Origin: Callorhinchus milii
Taxonomy: Eukaryota
Direction: 5' to 3'
Length of the DNA stretch: 64,000 bases
Assembly (NCBI RefSeq): GCF_018977255.1
Contig: NW_024704743.1
Location: 70,682,001 to 70,746,000 of the forward strand
Below are positions 25,380 to 36,515 of this stretch, one piece after another; positions within the stretch are counted from its first letter, which is position 1; the number at the start of each line of letters is the position of its first letter. The notes under the pieces are model-generated. The model was given only the letters and a program-made list of their open reading frames with translations. It made no database searches and was not told the origin of the DNA. The translations under genes were made by a program, and so were the position numbers.

Positions 25380-27215
25380 CTCTCTATATCTCCACTGGTC
25401 ATGTGTGTTTTTCAAATTCTACGTCTCTAGTTTTATATGTATTTCTCTCTATGTCTCCCTAAACCGTGTTTATTTTTCTATATGTCTGTGTGTATATTTT
25501 TCTCTTGCTGTGCGTGCGTGTGTATACTTCTCACCCTGTCTCTCTGTGTATTTCTCTGCCTTTATCTCTCCAACTGTGTACATTTGTCTCTCTGTTCCTC
25601 TAATTATTTGTATTTCTCTCTTTCTTTACCTCTCTACTGTGTGTATTTTTGTGTGTGTGCACATAGTTCTCTCTCTGTGTATTTCTTTCCGCCTCTCTGG
25701 GTTTTTTTTTGTGTGTGAGTGTGTGAATGTGCATATTTCTCTTTCTATCTCTCAAAGTATGTATGTTTATCTCTCTGTGCGACTCTGTGTGTATTTACTT
25801 ATATATCTCTGTCTAATTGCCTGTGTGTGAGTGTTTGTGTATTTCTCGTGTGATGTCTTTAACAACTTGATAAGGCACAATATCAAACGCAGGGATTATT
25901 ATATTTTTATTCTCTCTGTCTGTGCAACTGTGTATTTCTTTCTGCCTCTCCAACTGTATGTCTTGCTCTCATATCTTGCACTTTACTGACTGGTTAGGAT
26001 GTGCATTTCACGATCCAGAACCTATGCATTTGTGGAACTAAAACAAAATCCTGATTTCCAAACTTGACTCTGTTTACTGGGAGTCCGGACAACAAATAAA
26101 GACTCACAACAACAACAGCAACTTTCATCTATATAGTGCCCCTCACACAGGGTAGCGTCCAGAAAGTTTGGGTGCCCAAAGTATGACTCACTGTCATATT
26201 TTGGGCACCTAAGTCCTAAGAAAAGGTTCTGCAAGTGTTTTCCTGCCTCCCAAAGTTAATTCAAGCAAAACTACAGAATTTCTATCCAACCATATCTCCC
26301 GGACCAATAAAATATAAATAATTCTATATTGCATTATCAGTCATACTTTCAATAAATTTCTTTACAAATTAGCTATCTAATCCTCTCTTGAATTTTGTGA
26401 CACAATCTCGCCCCTGTCCTCCCTCTCTCTGTACTCTTGATTTCTCTTCTCCCCTCTTACACTCTATCTTCTTACTTACCTCTTCTCATCTCCATCCCTA
26501 TATCATCTCTCTCTCCATCTATCCTCTTACCTCCCCTTTCCCTCTTATCTGTCATATTACCTTCATTTTCACTCCTCTCATCCCTTCTATCTTCCCCCAC
26601 TCTCTCTCTTGGGTTAGGGTGGCTCAGTTGGTAGCACTCTCACCTCTGAGTCAGAATATTGTTGGATCAAGCCCCAGTGAGCATGCACTGCATTGATGGA
26701 GGTGCTGTGCTTCGGATGAGATATTAAATCAAGGGCTTGTCCGCTTGATCAGGTGGAAAATAATGATCCCACGGCACTATTTGAACAAATAATTTCTCCC
26801 AGTGACATGACCAATAATCTCCCAAATAAAATTGATCACTCAGTCCATGGCTGTTTGTGGGACATTGCTGGTCACAAATTGCTGGAACAAAATACAGTCA
26901 CTACACTTTACAGTAAATCCTGTGAGCCGCGTCAACGACTTGATAAGGCGTGATATAAAATGCAAGGATTATTATTTTATTATTCTCTTATCTCTTCCCA
27001 CCTCTCTCTCTCCCCCTTCTCTGTCCCCTTATCTCCTTCTTCCCACTTTCTCATCTCTTCTATCTTTCCCTCTCTGCCCTCTTATCTTCCTCTCCCACCT
27101 CTTGCCCTCTCTATCTCCCATCTCATTCATTCGTTCTATTTCTTCTTTCTCTATCCTCTTATCTCCTTCTTTCCACACTTTCATTTCCTCTACCTTCCCA
27201 TCACTCTCATCCCTT
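25380..27215. repeat. Low-complexity CT/TG-rich blocks (25380-25970, 26410-26610, 26985-27215)
   Basis: Degenerate (CT)n/(TG)n stretches; they explain the Leu/Ser/Cys-rich spurious ORFs. Confidence 0.8.
26617..26983 (+). mobile_element. Deu-type tRNA SINE
   Basis: Head gtggctcagttggtagcactctcacctctgagtcagaa..ggatcaagcc, core and (ATT)n tail. Confidence 0.8.
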
Positions 27216-27540
27216 CATAGAATCATAGAATTACACAGCACAGAAAGAGGCCATTCGGCCCATCGTGCCTGTGCCAGCTCTTTGAAAAGAGCTATCCGAT
27301 TCAATCCCACTCCCCCGCGCTCTCCCCATAGCCCCACAAACTTGGTCAGGCTCCGCCACTGTTAAGCGCTCTGAGACGCTACCCTGTGTGGAGGGCGCTA
27401 CATAAGTGCAAGTTGTTGTTGCCCACCCCAAATGATTATCCACTTCTCTTAAAAGCTGTTATCGAATCAGCTTCCACCATCCTTTCAGGCAGTGCATCCC
27501 AGATCCGAACAACTCGCTGCGTGAAAACGATTCCCCCGCA
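27216..27540 (-). mobile_element. CR1 3' end, interrupted by a + strand L2-type tail (~27345-27421)
   Basis: catagaatcatagaa..gaggccattcggcccatcg is a reversed CR1 tail; the CR1 ORF end resumes at ~27435. Confidence 0.8.
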
Positions 27541-27707
27541 CCTCCCCCCGTCCCCCCTCTGTTTCCTTTAACAACTATTTTAAATCTTCTACTTCCTTCC
27601 TTCTCTCTCTGGTCCTTCTTCTCATCTTCCTCCCCACAACCCCTCTCTATTTTCCTGTGTCCTCTCTCTTGGTCAAGCTCAGCTCAGCTGTGTGGACCGG
27701 AAGAGGC

Positions 27708-28314
27708 AGGGAGAGGAGAGGAGAGAGAGGAGAGGAGAGGAGAGGAGGAGAGAGAGAAGAGGAGAGGAGGAGAGAGAGAAGAGGAGAGGAGGGAGAAAGG
27801 AGAGAGAGAGGAGAGGAAGGAGAGAGAGGAGAGGAGAGGAGGGAGAGAGGAGAGGAGGGAGAGAGGAGAGGAGAGGAGAGGAGGAGAGAGAGAAGAGGAG
27901 AGGAGGAGAGAGAGGAGAGGAGAGGAGAGGAGGAGAGAGAGGAGAGGAGAGGAGGAGAGAGAGGAGAGGAGGAGAGAGAGAGAGGAGAGGAGGAGAGAGA
28001 GGAGAGGAGGAGAGAGAGAGGAGGAGAGGAGGAGAGGAGAGAGAGAGAGGAGGAGAGGAGAGGAGAGGAGAGGAGGGAGAGAGGAGAGGAGAGGAGAGGA
28101 GGGAGAGAGGAGAGAGAGAAGGAGAGAGAGAGAGGAGAGGAGGAGAGAGAGAGGAGAGGAGAGGAGGAGAGAGAGAAGAGGAGAGGAGGAGAGAGAGAAG
28201 AGGAGAGGAGGAGAGAGAGGAGAGGAGAGGAGGAGAGAGAGAAGAGGAGAGGAGGAGAGAGAGGAGAGGAGAGGAGGAGAGAGAGGAGAGGAGAGGAGAG
28301 AGAGAGGAGGAGAG
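27708..28314 (+). repeat. 607-nt pure A/G tract (GAGGA/GGA/GA units)
   Basis: No C or T between 27707 and 28315. Confidence 0.95.
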
Positions 28315-28427
28315 CAGCCAGAGCTCCCTCTGCTGAGACCCGCCTCACTCTTTCTCTCTCTCTCTCTCTCTCTGCACTCTGCACAGCCGCGCAACTTTGA
28401 TGGAGAATTTCACAGCTCTCAGGAAAA

Positions 28428-28503
28428 ATGCCTGTTATGAAGGGATTATTAGCGCCACAAAACACCTTCCTCGACACCATAGCAACGCGTTTTGATGGGA
28501 CAC
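28428..28503 (+). CDS. KCNH8: Coding exon 1 of an ELK/Kv12 voltage-gated K+ channel (N-cap), 76 nt, phase-1 end
   Basis: ATG at 28428 reads [25 protein letters not shown](H), the N-terminus shared by KCNH8 and KCNH4. A canonical donor C|GTAAGT follows at 28504. Confidence 0.95.
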
Positions 28504-28675
28504 GTAAGTTGTTTTCTCCATAATCGCGCTGCGTGCGGTGTGGCCGCCGGGGGAGAGCTTTAACGAGGAGGCGATGGAGCAGGAGTTGGGAAACTGGGAT
28601 GAGAGTGAACGGGAAACACCGTTTGGACAAGTTAGTGAATTGCACAGTGTTACTGGAGAGGAATCCGATTTGGAA

Positions 28676-28710
28676 ACACACACACACACCCACACGCACA
28701 CACACACACG

Positions 28711-28768
<58 letters not shown>

Positions 28769-28780
28769 CACACACACGCA
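28676..28780. repeat. (CA)n microsatellite in proximal intron 1
   Basis: Imperfect CA run with occasional CG/CC interruptions. Confidence 0.95.
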
Positions 28781-29360
28781 GCTCTCTGCGGATTATAATG
28801 TGCAAAGTGCATTTTGCAAAGCAGATGCGGTGCTGAGGACAGTGCGGCTGTGCTGTGTGTCTCTGCTCTGAGTGTTGATGTGGAGGCGGCAGTGCCGGTG
28901 CGGTGCTCACCGCCTCCTCGGGGGAAAGCGCAGGTTCGGTTGCAATGAATTTTACACAATAACGAGTTTATGCAATGCCTTCAGATCGTGAAAATGCCAC
29001 TAAATGCAACCAGCCGTCCCGATCTGACAGAGCCCAGCAGCGGGGGGGGGGGGGGGGGGGGGGTGTGTGTCCAAAGTTTGCGAATTGTAGCCTCACATCA
29101 CACTGTGTCCCAGTGTAATGCAATGTGTGTAATCCCATCTCTCGGGATTAAGAGTTGTTGTTTTTTTGTGCTCGAATCAAGAACTGACACTGAGCAATAA
29201 CTCCGGATCATGCTGTGTCTGCAACGACAACCGAAGTGTTGGCAATTTGGAGCATAACTGGCAGCCAATGCACTGTCTTCCAATGCCATGAAGTGAAAAC
29301 ACACATTTTGTTGTCCTTTTTTTTAAAAAAAAAATGAACTAGTTAACTGCATACTGTCAG

Positions 29361-29431
29361 TGTGGTATCCGAGAAGGTGTCTTGTGGCGTTAATAATCCT
29401 TTCATTAATAGGTATTTTTCTCGAGAGTTGT
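29361..29431 (-). other. Intronic inverted copy of the exon 1 region 28412-28481 (candidate editing-complementary or long-range pairing element)
   Basis: The reverse complement ACAACTCTCGAGAAAAATACCTATTAATGAAAGGATTATTAACGCCACAAGACACCTTCTCGGATACCACA aligns to exon 1 with one 1-nt gap. The minus-strand ORF track shows MKGLLTPQDTFSDT versus exonic [14 protein letters not shown]. Confidence 0.9.
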
Positions 29432-29818
29432 ATATTGTACTGTAATCAATTTTATATTTTTGAGGGGTGTAAAGTTTATCCCTGGATACTCTCAAGATTT
29501 TGGGGTTGTAATATATTGTTTTCACCAATTAAACAATCGAATAATGAATCAGGTGTAATTGTATTTTATATCCGACACAATTCCTATTCCCTTCCAGTGA
29601 TCTGTGTATCTCAGTCCAGCCACTTTCTGCAATTAGCTCAGATACTTTACACATCACCCGTTGGCTGGTATGTTTTAATTTAAGAAACGGTCCAGCAATT
29701 GATGGATGGTGTTCATTAAACAGGATGTTTTGCAAAATTGGAAACTCCAGCGAAACTCCGGTGCCTTTTGGGGTCTGGTCCCTTATCCATCACAGGAGGA
29801 GAGGAGCGAGAGGATGGT

Positions 29819-29839
29819 TTCAGCACCTTGGACAGGGGC
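29819..29839 (+). promoter_or_regulatory. RE1/NRSE (REST binding site)
   Basis: TTCAGCACC-TT-GGACAG-GGGC has both RE1 half-sites intact with the canonical 2-nt spacer. It lies in intron 1 of a neuronal channel gene, outside any repeat I can recognise. Confidence 0.8.
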
Positions 29840-31009
29840 TGTGCTGGGAGCCGGACACCAGACCAGCATCGCTCACTGAATGCATAGCACATCCATTGGG
29901 AAGCTTGCACAGCCTTAACCCATTTCACTGGCAGCAGGCAGGTTATTTATTTCCATATGCAGTATAAGCAGACAGTTGCAATGTGTTCTCAAAATCGCAC
30001 ATTTCAACGGACAGCTCCTGTGAGTTTGTTCGCCCTTCAAGCGACCTGTCAGGAGTGCATGTGCCTCTGATCGCACAAGGGAAAGCGGGGGGGTGGGGTG
30101 GGGGGGGGTGGGGAGGTAATGTAAAAGTTCCCTGTAGCTGTTAAAAAGTTAGTGCAATGTGCTAAAGGAATTTGCATTTAAATCCATTCCGCGCTGCTGT
30201 CTGTTAACAGAGCTCTGGTGTTTACAGTGCGACTCACAGAGCGCAGGGAGTGTGAAACAGGGAAAGGTGCTGTCCACTCGCTGTGATAAAGTCAGGCAGT
30301 CTGTGCCATAACCACTGCAGACAACACAGGGACCCTCCCAATGTCCCAGTGACAAGGAGCAATTGCCCACAGAATTATTCACAAGAGTTGTAACGCACAC
30401 TGACCTATTTTGCTGCAGGTAGTGCTTCGAAAATTTACAATTTATAGCACAATTTATACTGTACAAAGCAGGCTTAATAAGCTTGTCATATAACCAACGC
30501 AGTCAAGTGCGAGGAAATGAATCAGCTCGTAAAGGCACCATTTATAGTACATATAAATAATAGGAAGAGCTTTGCGTTAGCATATAATCCAGAAAAGGAG
30601 ACTCTTGTTCAGTTAATATGTAAGATATTTATAGCGGTTCTGGGCAATTGCAAGTCGTTGGAGTTTGTAAATCTTCTGTCCAACACTATAGAAGTCCCCT
30701 AGTTGTTAAACACAATCATAATTACATTTTTCATTTGAATGTTTGATTTTCACAAGGTGATGTATGTTATAACACTCCTGACATAGCATTTTACAATACA
30801 AAACTACAAAAATACTCTCGCATACAGGCATTTTCACATAATATTTTATCTAGATTTATACCAGCTATCCATAACATCGGTCACACTCAGATAGCGTTCC
30901 TCAACTCATCTTAATTTAATTAGGGTTGTAATTCTACAGGTCATCTTGACACTGGCTGCCAAGCATAAGCAAACCTAACCTAACAAAAACAATAAATAGT
31001 AATTCAGTT

Positions 31010-31310
31010 CTGATCACGACGATGGTGGGGAGGTTGAAGCAGAGGACATGAAGCAGATCAGTCCCCACTGAGCAGAGGACACCATTAGGTTTGTAGGATT
31101 TGGGGTTGCCCAAGTAGGGTGGGGCAAGCCCATGGAGGGATTTAAAGGTTAGGACTAGGATCTTGAATTCAATCTGCTGGGAATGGGAAGCCAATGGAGC
31201 CAGCAAGGATGTGGGTGATAGACCCGTGGAGTCTAGTGTGGCAAAGGAATTGAGGGGCAGAGTTCTGATAGTCCGCAGCTTGTGAAGTGAAGGAGCAGGT
31301 AGTCCATCCA
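31010..31310 (-). mobile_element. Old L2 fragment
   Basis: QQIEFKILVLTFKSLHGLAPPYL on the minus strand. Confidence 0.75.
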
Positions 31311-32562
31311 GCAGGGAGTCCTGCTAGAGCGCAGCCTAGACTGTGAGTTGAAAGTCTTGATGTAGGACTTGAACCCACAACTTTCTGACTCAGAGCCCAG
31401 GTTGCTACCTACTGAGTCAGGCTAGCCAGTTCCACCATGTCTACATGATTTGATGCTCTGTGGATTAACCACATTCATGTTACAATATTATTAGGCACAG
31501 ATAATTTAGGTTCCACTATTGATATATTCTAAACAAGGTAATTTATTGGTAATGTAAAATAAAAGGTTTTAATAGTATAATTTGCATGAGGTCCTATGCT
31601 ATTTCAGCTGTCTTAGTCTTTCACCAATGTCACATTAATTTTACCACAGATTTTTTGGAAATATATATAGAAAACAGTTTACACAGAAAGAATAGCTGCT
31701 AGCTTATGTTCTTGGAGTTTGACCAGTGCTCATAAACCAAATGAATTACAACCTTGTATGTCTATAATTCATTACGCTACAACAATGTGTGCATGGTGGG
31801 CATTCCTATTTGTCCAGCTTTGAAAGTATAGTAACTTGCTGCTCTTGAAGTACTATGTTTGATTGTTTCCTGGCAATTGTACTGTAACAAGTGACATAGA
31901 TGGAAGAACATTTTTGACCTAGCCTAATCATAACACAATACATCACTTGAGGTCAAAGAATATTTGTTTCTGACAGTGTGGTCAGTGAGAATTGTAACAA
32001 CAATTTATACCATAAAGGAGTCCTAAAAGATAGAATGTTACAGCACAGATAAATAATTTGGCTCATGAACTCTGTATAGATGTTTTTTTCTAATTTAATC
32101 CCATTCTTCAGCATGCACCCAAACCCTTTAGCATTTCTCTTTTGCAAGCATAGAACATAAAGAACTAAGAACATAAAATCATGAAGAGGAATAGAATGAG
32201 AAAATTAAATTTACCCTTACAGTGGGCCATGGAAAATAATTGACATACCTAATGCTGTGTTTATACAGCTATGAAAGTAGCCATTTCGCTTCCACTGTCA
32301 TAGCGATGTGGAGCAGAAAGTTTGATTTACTCATCCCACACACATCATAGCTGCTGGAAATGTACCTCCCAATTTCAGAGTTCTGTACTTAGTGCAGTTT
32401 AGCCGAATCTCAGAACACCAATTTGAGTATATATATATTTAATATAATTGAAGAGCTGTAACCCTTTATTGAATTACATTGAAAACCATCAAAACAACTG
32501 AGAGCTTTAAAAACATGACAAGGGAGTGAGCCTACTGTGATTTGCACCCACGTGTTTATGCG

Positions 32563-32992
32563 TCAAGCTGGCTCAGTTAGCAGCACTCTCACTTCTGAGT
32601 CAGAATATGGTGGGTCCAAGCCCTATCTCAGAAATTGGAACTCATGTAGTCTAAGATGACAATTCAGAGCAGTGCTGAGAGGGTGTTGCATTGTTGGAGA
32701 ATCGTTCTTTGGATAAGACATTAAACCAAGGCACTGGCTGCCTGCTCAGGTGAATGTTAAAGTTGCAGAGGCACTATTCTTCCAGGATCCTAGTTTCCAA
32801 TCCTCCAAATAACATTGTTCATTCACTTCATGACTGTTTGTGGGACACTGCTGTGTTCAAATTGGCTGTCGCATTCACCCGCAAAGTACAGTCACTGTAA
32901 TTTACAGTATATCCTGTGAAGTCCTTTGTAATGTCCTTTGTCCTTCCGACTTGAAAGGTGCTATACCAAGTATAAGGATTATTATTATAATA
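32563..32992 (+). mobile_element. Full-length Deu-type tRNA SINE
   Basis: Head, core and tail are all recognisable; (ATT)n end. Confidence 0.8.
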
Positions 32993-33746
32993 CCGCATCT
33001 GGTATGAATTACACTATTTCTGAAACCACCTCCACCAGATAGTAATAATAATAATACTTATATGTGATATAAGGCCTTTCATGTTAAGAGCGTATCTTAA
33101 ATTGCTTCACAGGATATACTGCAGAGTGGCTATGTGTTTTTGTAGACGAATCTCAATGTGACACGGCAGTCCATGTTATTCAATTCTGTTCTGCTGCATT
33201 CTATAGATGATATTCCTGAGATCATAACAGGACTGAACCTTACTTTGCACATAGTTTCTTATCTATCTCTGTACATCAGTATTTTCATATCCTTCAATTT
33301 CTCTGATAACATGGAAATTATTCAATTCACTTAGGAGTCAATTTGGAGACAGCTCTACATATTTATGCTCTCTCTGAGAGGAAATAAATTCTTTAAGTTG
33401 CTGGTCTTGTTGAGGCTTGTGAATTTTGTATCCATCACCTTTAGTGATCTAATTACAGTTAAAGTTAAATAGCTTTTGCTAGATCAATATTTTCTGTATC
33501 TCATCATTTTAAAGCCCTGAATAATGTCACTTCTAATACTCTTTTCTCCAATCTCAACAAGTTCACTTTTGGCCTGCCTGCTGTCCTAACAATATTTTAA
33601 GTACTGGAGGCATTCTTGTTGCTCTTTTCTGAACTCTCAAACACATCTGTCAGCTGTCTGGCTTCTGTTGCTGTGATCAAGGAGTTACAATGTAAATGTG
33701 GTTTGAGATCACTGATATGAGTGTGTTTGGCAAGTGGCATGAGTCT

Positions 33747-33812
33747 ACAACAACAACAACAAGATTCCATTTATAGAGCACCTTTCACGTCGGGAGGACG
33801 TCCCAAGGCGCT
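33747..33812 (-). mobile_element. Isolated L2 3' tail
   Basis: (CAA)n gattccatttatagagcacctttcacgtcgggaggacgtcccaaggcgct. Confidence 0.8.
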
Positions 33813-34334
33813 ATCTATCCTGAGAAGATAGTCTTTCACTATTCGTCTTTCACACTGACTGCAGTATCACTACAACTGGTACAGCTCAGGGTACTGGGCT
33901 CATTAAGAAGCAGTTTTTGCAAGGGTAAGAAGGCAGGATGAGTAATCTGGAAAGATAAAATCAAATGGACTGAAAGGTCTTTGTTATTCTTTTGATCTTA
34001 TGAAAACAAACTGTGGTAAATTTTACCTTCATTGTTCTGGACCACCCAGAAGTTGGTTAATGTTAATACAAAACTGGCAGGACTACCAGTTCTTTGCTAA
34101 TGTTGTAAAGTTTCACTGGAATTCAGGCAGACATAGGTGGATGTTTGAATGTATATATAAGTGTGTAAGCATCAAGCTTTAACTTGTTGTAGTGTGGATC
34201 CATTTGAAACAAGTAGTATAACTTCAGCGCTATTTGCCTACATTGCTTAAACTGCTGCCTGCAGTAAATTAGGAGTATATGAAGATAAGAGGGCAACATT
34301 TAACACAAAGACTGCAAGTGCAGCATTAATGTGT

Positions 34335-34702
34335 GTCAACCTGGCTTAGAACTCTTTTTTCTGAGTCAGAAGGTTGTGGGATCAAGAATTTGAACTCATA
34401 TAGTCCAGCTGATACTCCAATGCTGTGCTGGGAAGAGATAAAATATTAAACTAAAATCTCTGCTTGTTCAGCTGAACATTGAAAAACCTATGGCACTATT
34501 TGAAATGAGAAGGGAGTTTCTCCTGGTGACCTGCCTAACAATATTCCAAATAAAATTTGTCATTCACGTCGGGGTTAGTTTTGGGACACTACAAATACAC
34601 AAAAACTCCACTTTAGAGCCAGTCTTGCAAAGTACTTTGTGATGATCTCCCAATATGAACTGTGCTGTACCAAATGCAAGGATTATTATATTAATAATAA
34701 TG
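34335..34702 (+). mobile_element. Degraded Deu-type SINE
   Basis: ctgagtcagaaggttgtgggatcaag head; tatggcactatttgaa core; tail. Confidence 0.7.
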
Positions 34703-36515
34703 GTTTGAATTGGGTTAAAAGAATTAGGTGAACATAATCACTTTAAACCTGCAATCAGATGTTCTCAAGTGCATTCAGCATTTTAATCAGCCAGAGAACC
34801 TCTATTTCAACATTAAGCTTACTGCCACATTTATTGCGGGTAATACGGTATACATTATTTGTGTGAAGTATGTGAGCTTTTACTGAGAATTAATACTTGC
34901 TGTTCTGGCCAACCAGATTGTTATGTAATTTGATGTATGTCTACTAATAGGTCACTATGCATCTTTTTGTCAGCAGTGATTTTTTCTTAATAGCCCAGAT
35001 TCTCTCAGACCATTTTATGAAACAATAATATATTCATTCAAATGTTATTTGATGCAACCGAATTTAACATTGAATCACAGAAATTAACATTCAGATGTTC
35101 TCAACAAAAAGTAATTTGATAATGTTGCATCTTACCAAGGACTGAATAGGATTGTGAAACACAGTACTTAAAGTCGTGAAGAAAGTGATACTCGCAGTTT
35201 CATTTCAGTTATTATTAAATCATTTATTTTTTTCTCATTAGGCTGATATTTCTCAAGTTTTGCTGACCTAAAAATACATTACCAGTTCCTTTCCATCGTG
35301 TAACTCTAAAACTGACGACATGTTCCAGTGACGTGAAATATATCTTAAGAAAAATGTAACGTTTGGCTAAGTTTTCTGCTTTAATAAAATACAAATACAA
35401 AGCTGTGCAGCTGCAAACAGGTTAGAATGTATACATATCACTACAGATGGCATAATTGGGGCCTAACAGATGGTAATGTACAGGTCTTTACCAATCCTGT
35501 ACATTACCATATTCTTATCTTATGTAACCAAGACACTCTTCATGCTTGAGCTTCTGGCTCGCTGCAACAAGGATCTCATTCTTATTTTATAGTTTATTTG
35601 AATGTATTTATATTAATGATATTAATCTCAAACACTGGAGAAAACCAGAATAGAACAGTAAGAATTTGTAATAAAAAAAACTATGGGTCCTTTCCATGAT
35701 TAAGTTTGGGCTTAACAGTCCACTTAAAAAAAAGATTGGTATATCAAATACATTAATGGGTATAAAGACTGTAAATTTCACATTGTGATGGGGCTATTCC
35801 AAAACTGTAAAATAAGCAATTATGTGTTACATGGGCTCCAGGACACTAAATGCACACAATATATTTTTGGATTCTTTTTATATCTGGAAACTCACTTTAG
35901 TGACTTTAGACATTGATTCTTGACATTCAATGTCTAATGTGAATGGGATAGTATAAACATTATGATTTATAATTTGAACTTGATAAGATGAAGCATAATA
36001 ACTAACTCTGACCATATTAAGTGAAAAGGGATGTGGTATTTGTGTTCTATTTACAGGTTAAAGAATGCACTTTAATGCTTTTATTTTGGGATAAGATGGT
36101 TTGCTCTTCATTCATAAACTGCATTAGCCAGAAAACTGTCAAAACTAAAATTTCCATGAAGCTTGTATATCATTTCATGAATGAAAATGTCTATGCATGT
36201 TAATTAGTTACAACTTTGAACTGCTATTTGACAGTTTAATATAAAAAAACCCTGTCGCGTTAATGAAAGATGTGTTTTAAAAAAAAGGCAATTTGAATTC
36301 AGAATTGCCATACTTTGATTACAGTTGAACAAGTAAGATAGACGTTTATTATTCTGAGGCCCAAATACAGCATAGTCTCAACTGTAAGACAATTGTCTTC
36401 GAGATTATCTTTAAATTGTGCAACAGTTTGGAAAATTCTCTAAAGACAGCTTGCGAATGAAGACTGAATTTAATAATTTTCCAAAATGTTGCACAATCTT
36501 ACCTTCAGGCTAAGA

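Larger units (their letters stand above)
28315..29100 (+). promoter_or_regulatory. CpG-enriched 5' region around exon 1 (likely promoter, 5'UTR and proximal intron 1)
   Basis: Visibly higher CpG density (gccgcgc, acgcgt, tcgcgctgcgtgcgg, ggcggc) than the CpG-depleted flanks. The TSS cannot be placed from sequence alone. Confidence 0.55.

Noticed and set aside
27647..28777. Long ORFs (376, 247, 236 and 214 aa) over the GA tract
   Set aside because: They are translations of a stop-free purine microsatellite and (CA)n, giving Glu/Arg/Gly or Leu/Ser/Pro low complexity; two overlap the real exon antisense.
29343..29528. Minus-strand ORF containing MKGLLTPQDTFSDT as a second KCNH gene or alternative exon
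   Set aside because: It is on the opposite strand, Met1 is ATA, there is a 1-nt frameshift, similarity stops after ~18 codons, and no matching donor is present. Treated as a non-coding complementary element.
30086..30117. G-rich run with G-quadruplex potential (also poly-C at 52398-52418)
   Set aside because: Simple homopolymer-like runs are common and error-prone in assemblies, and there is no independent support for function.
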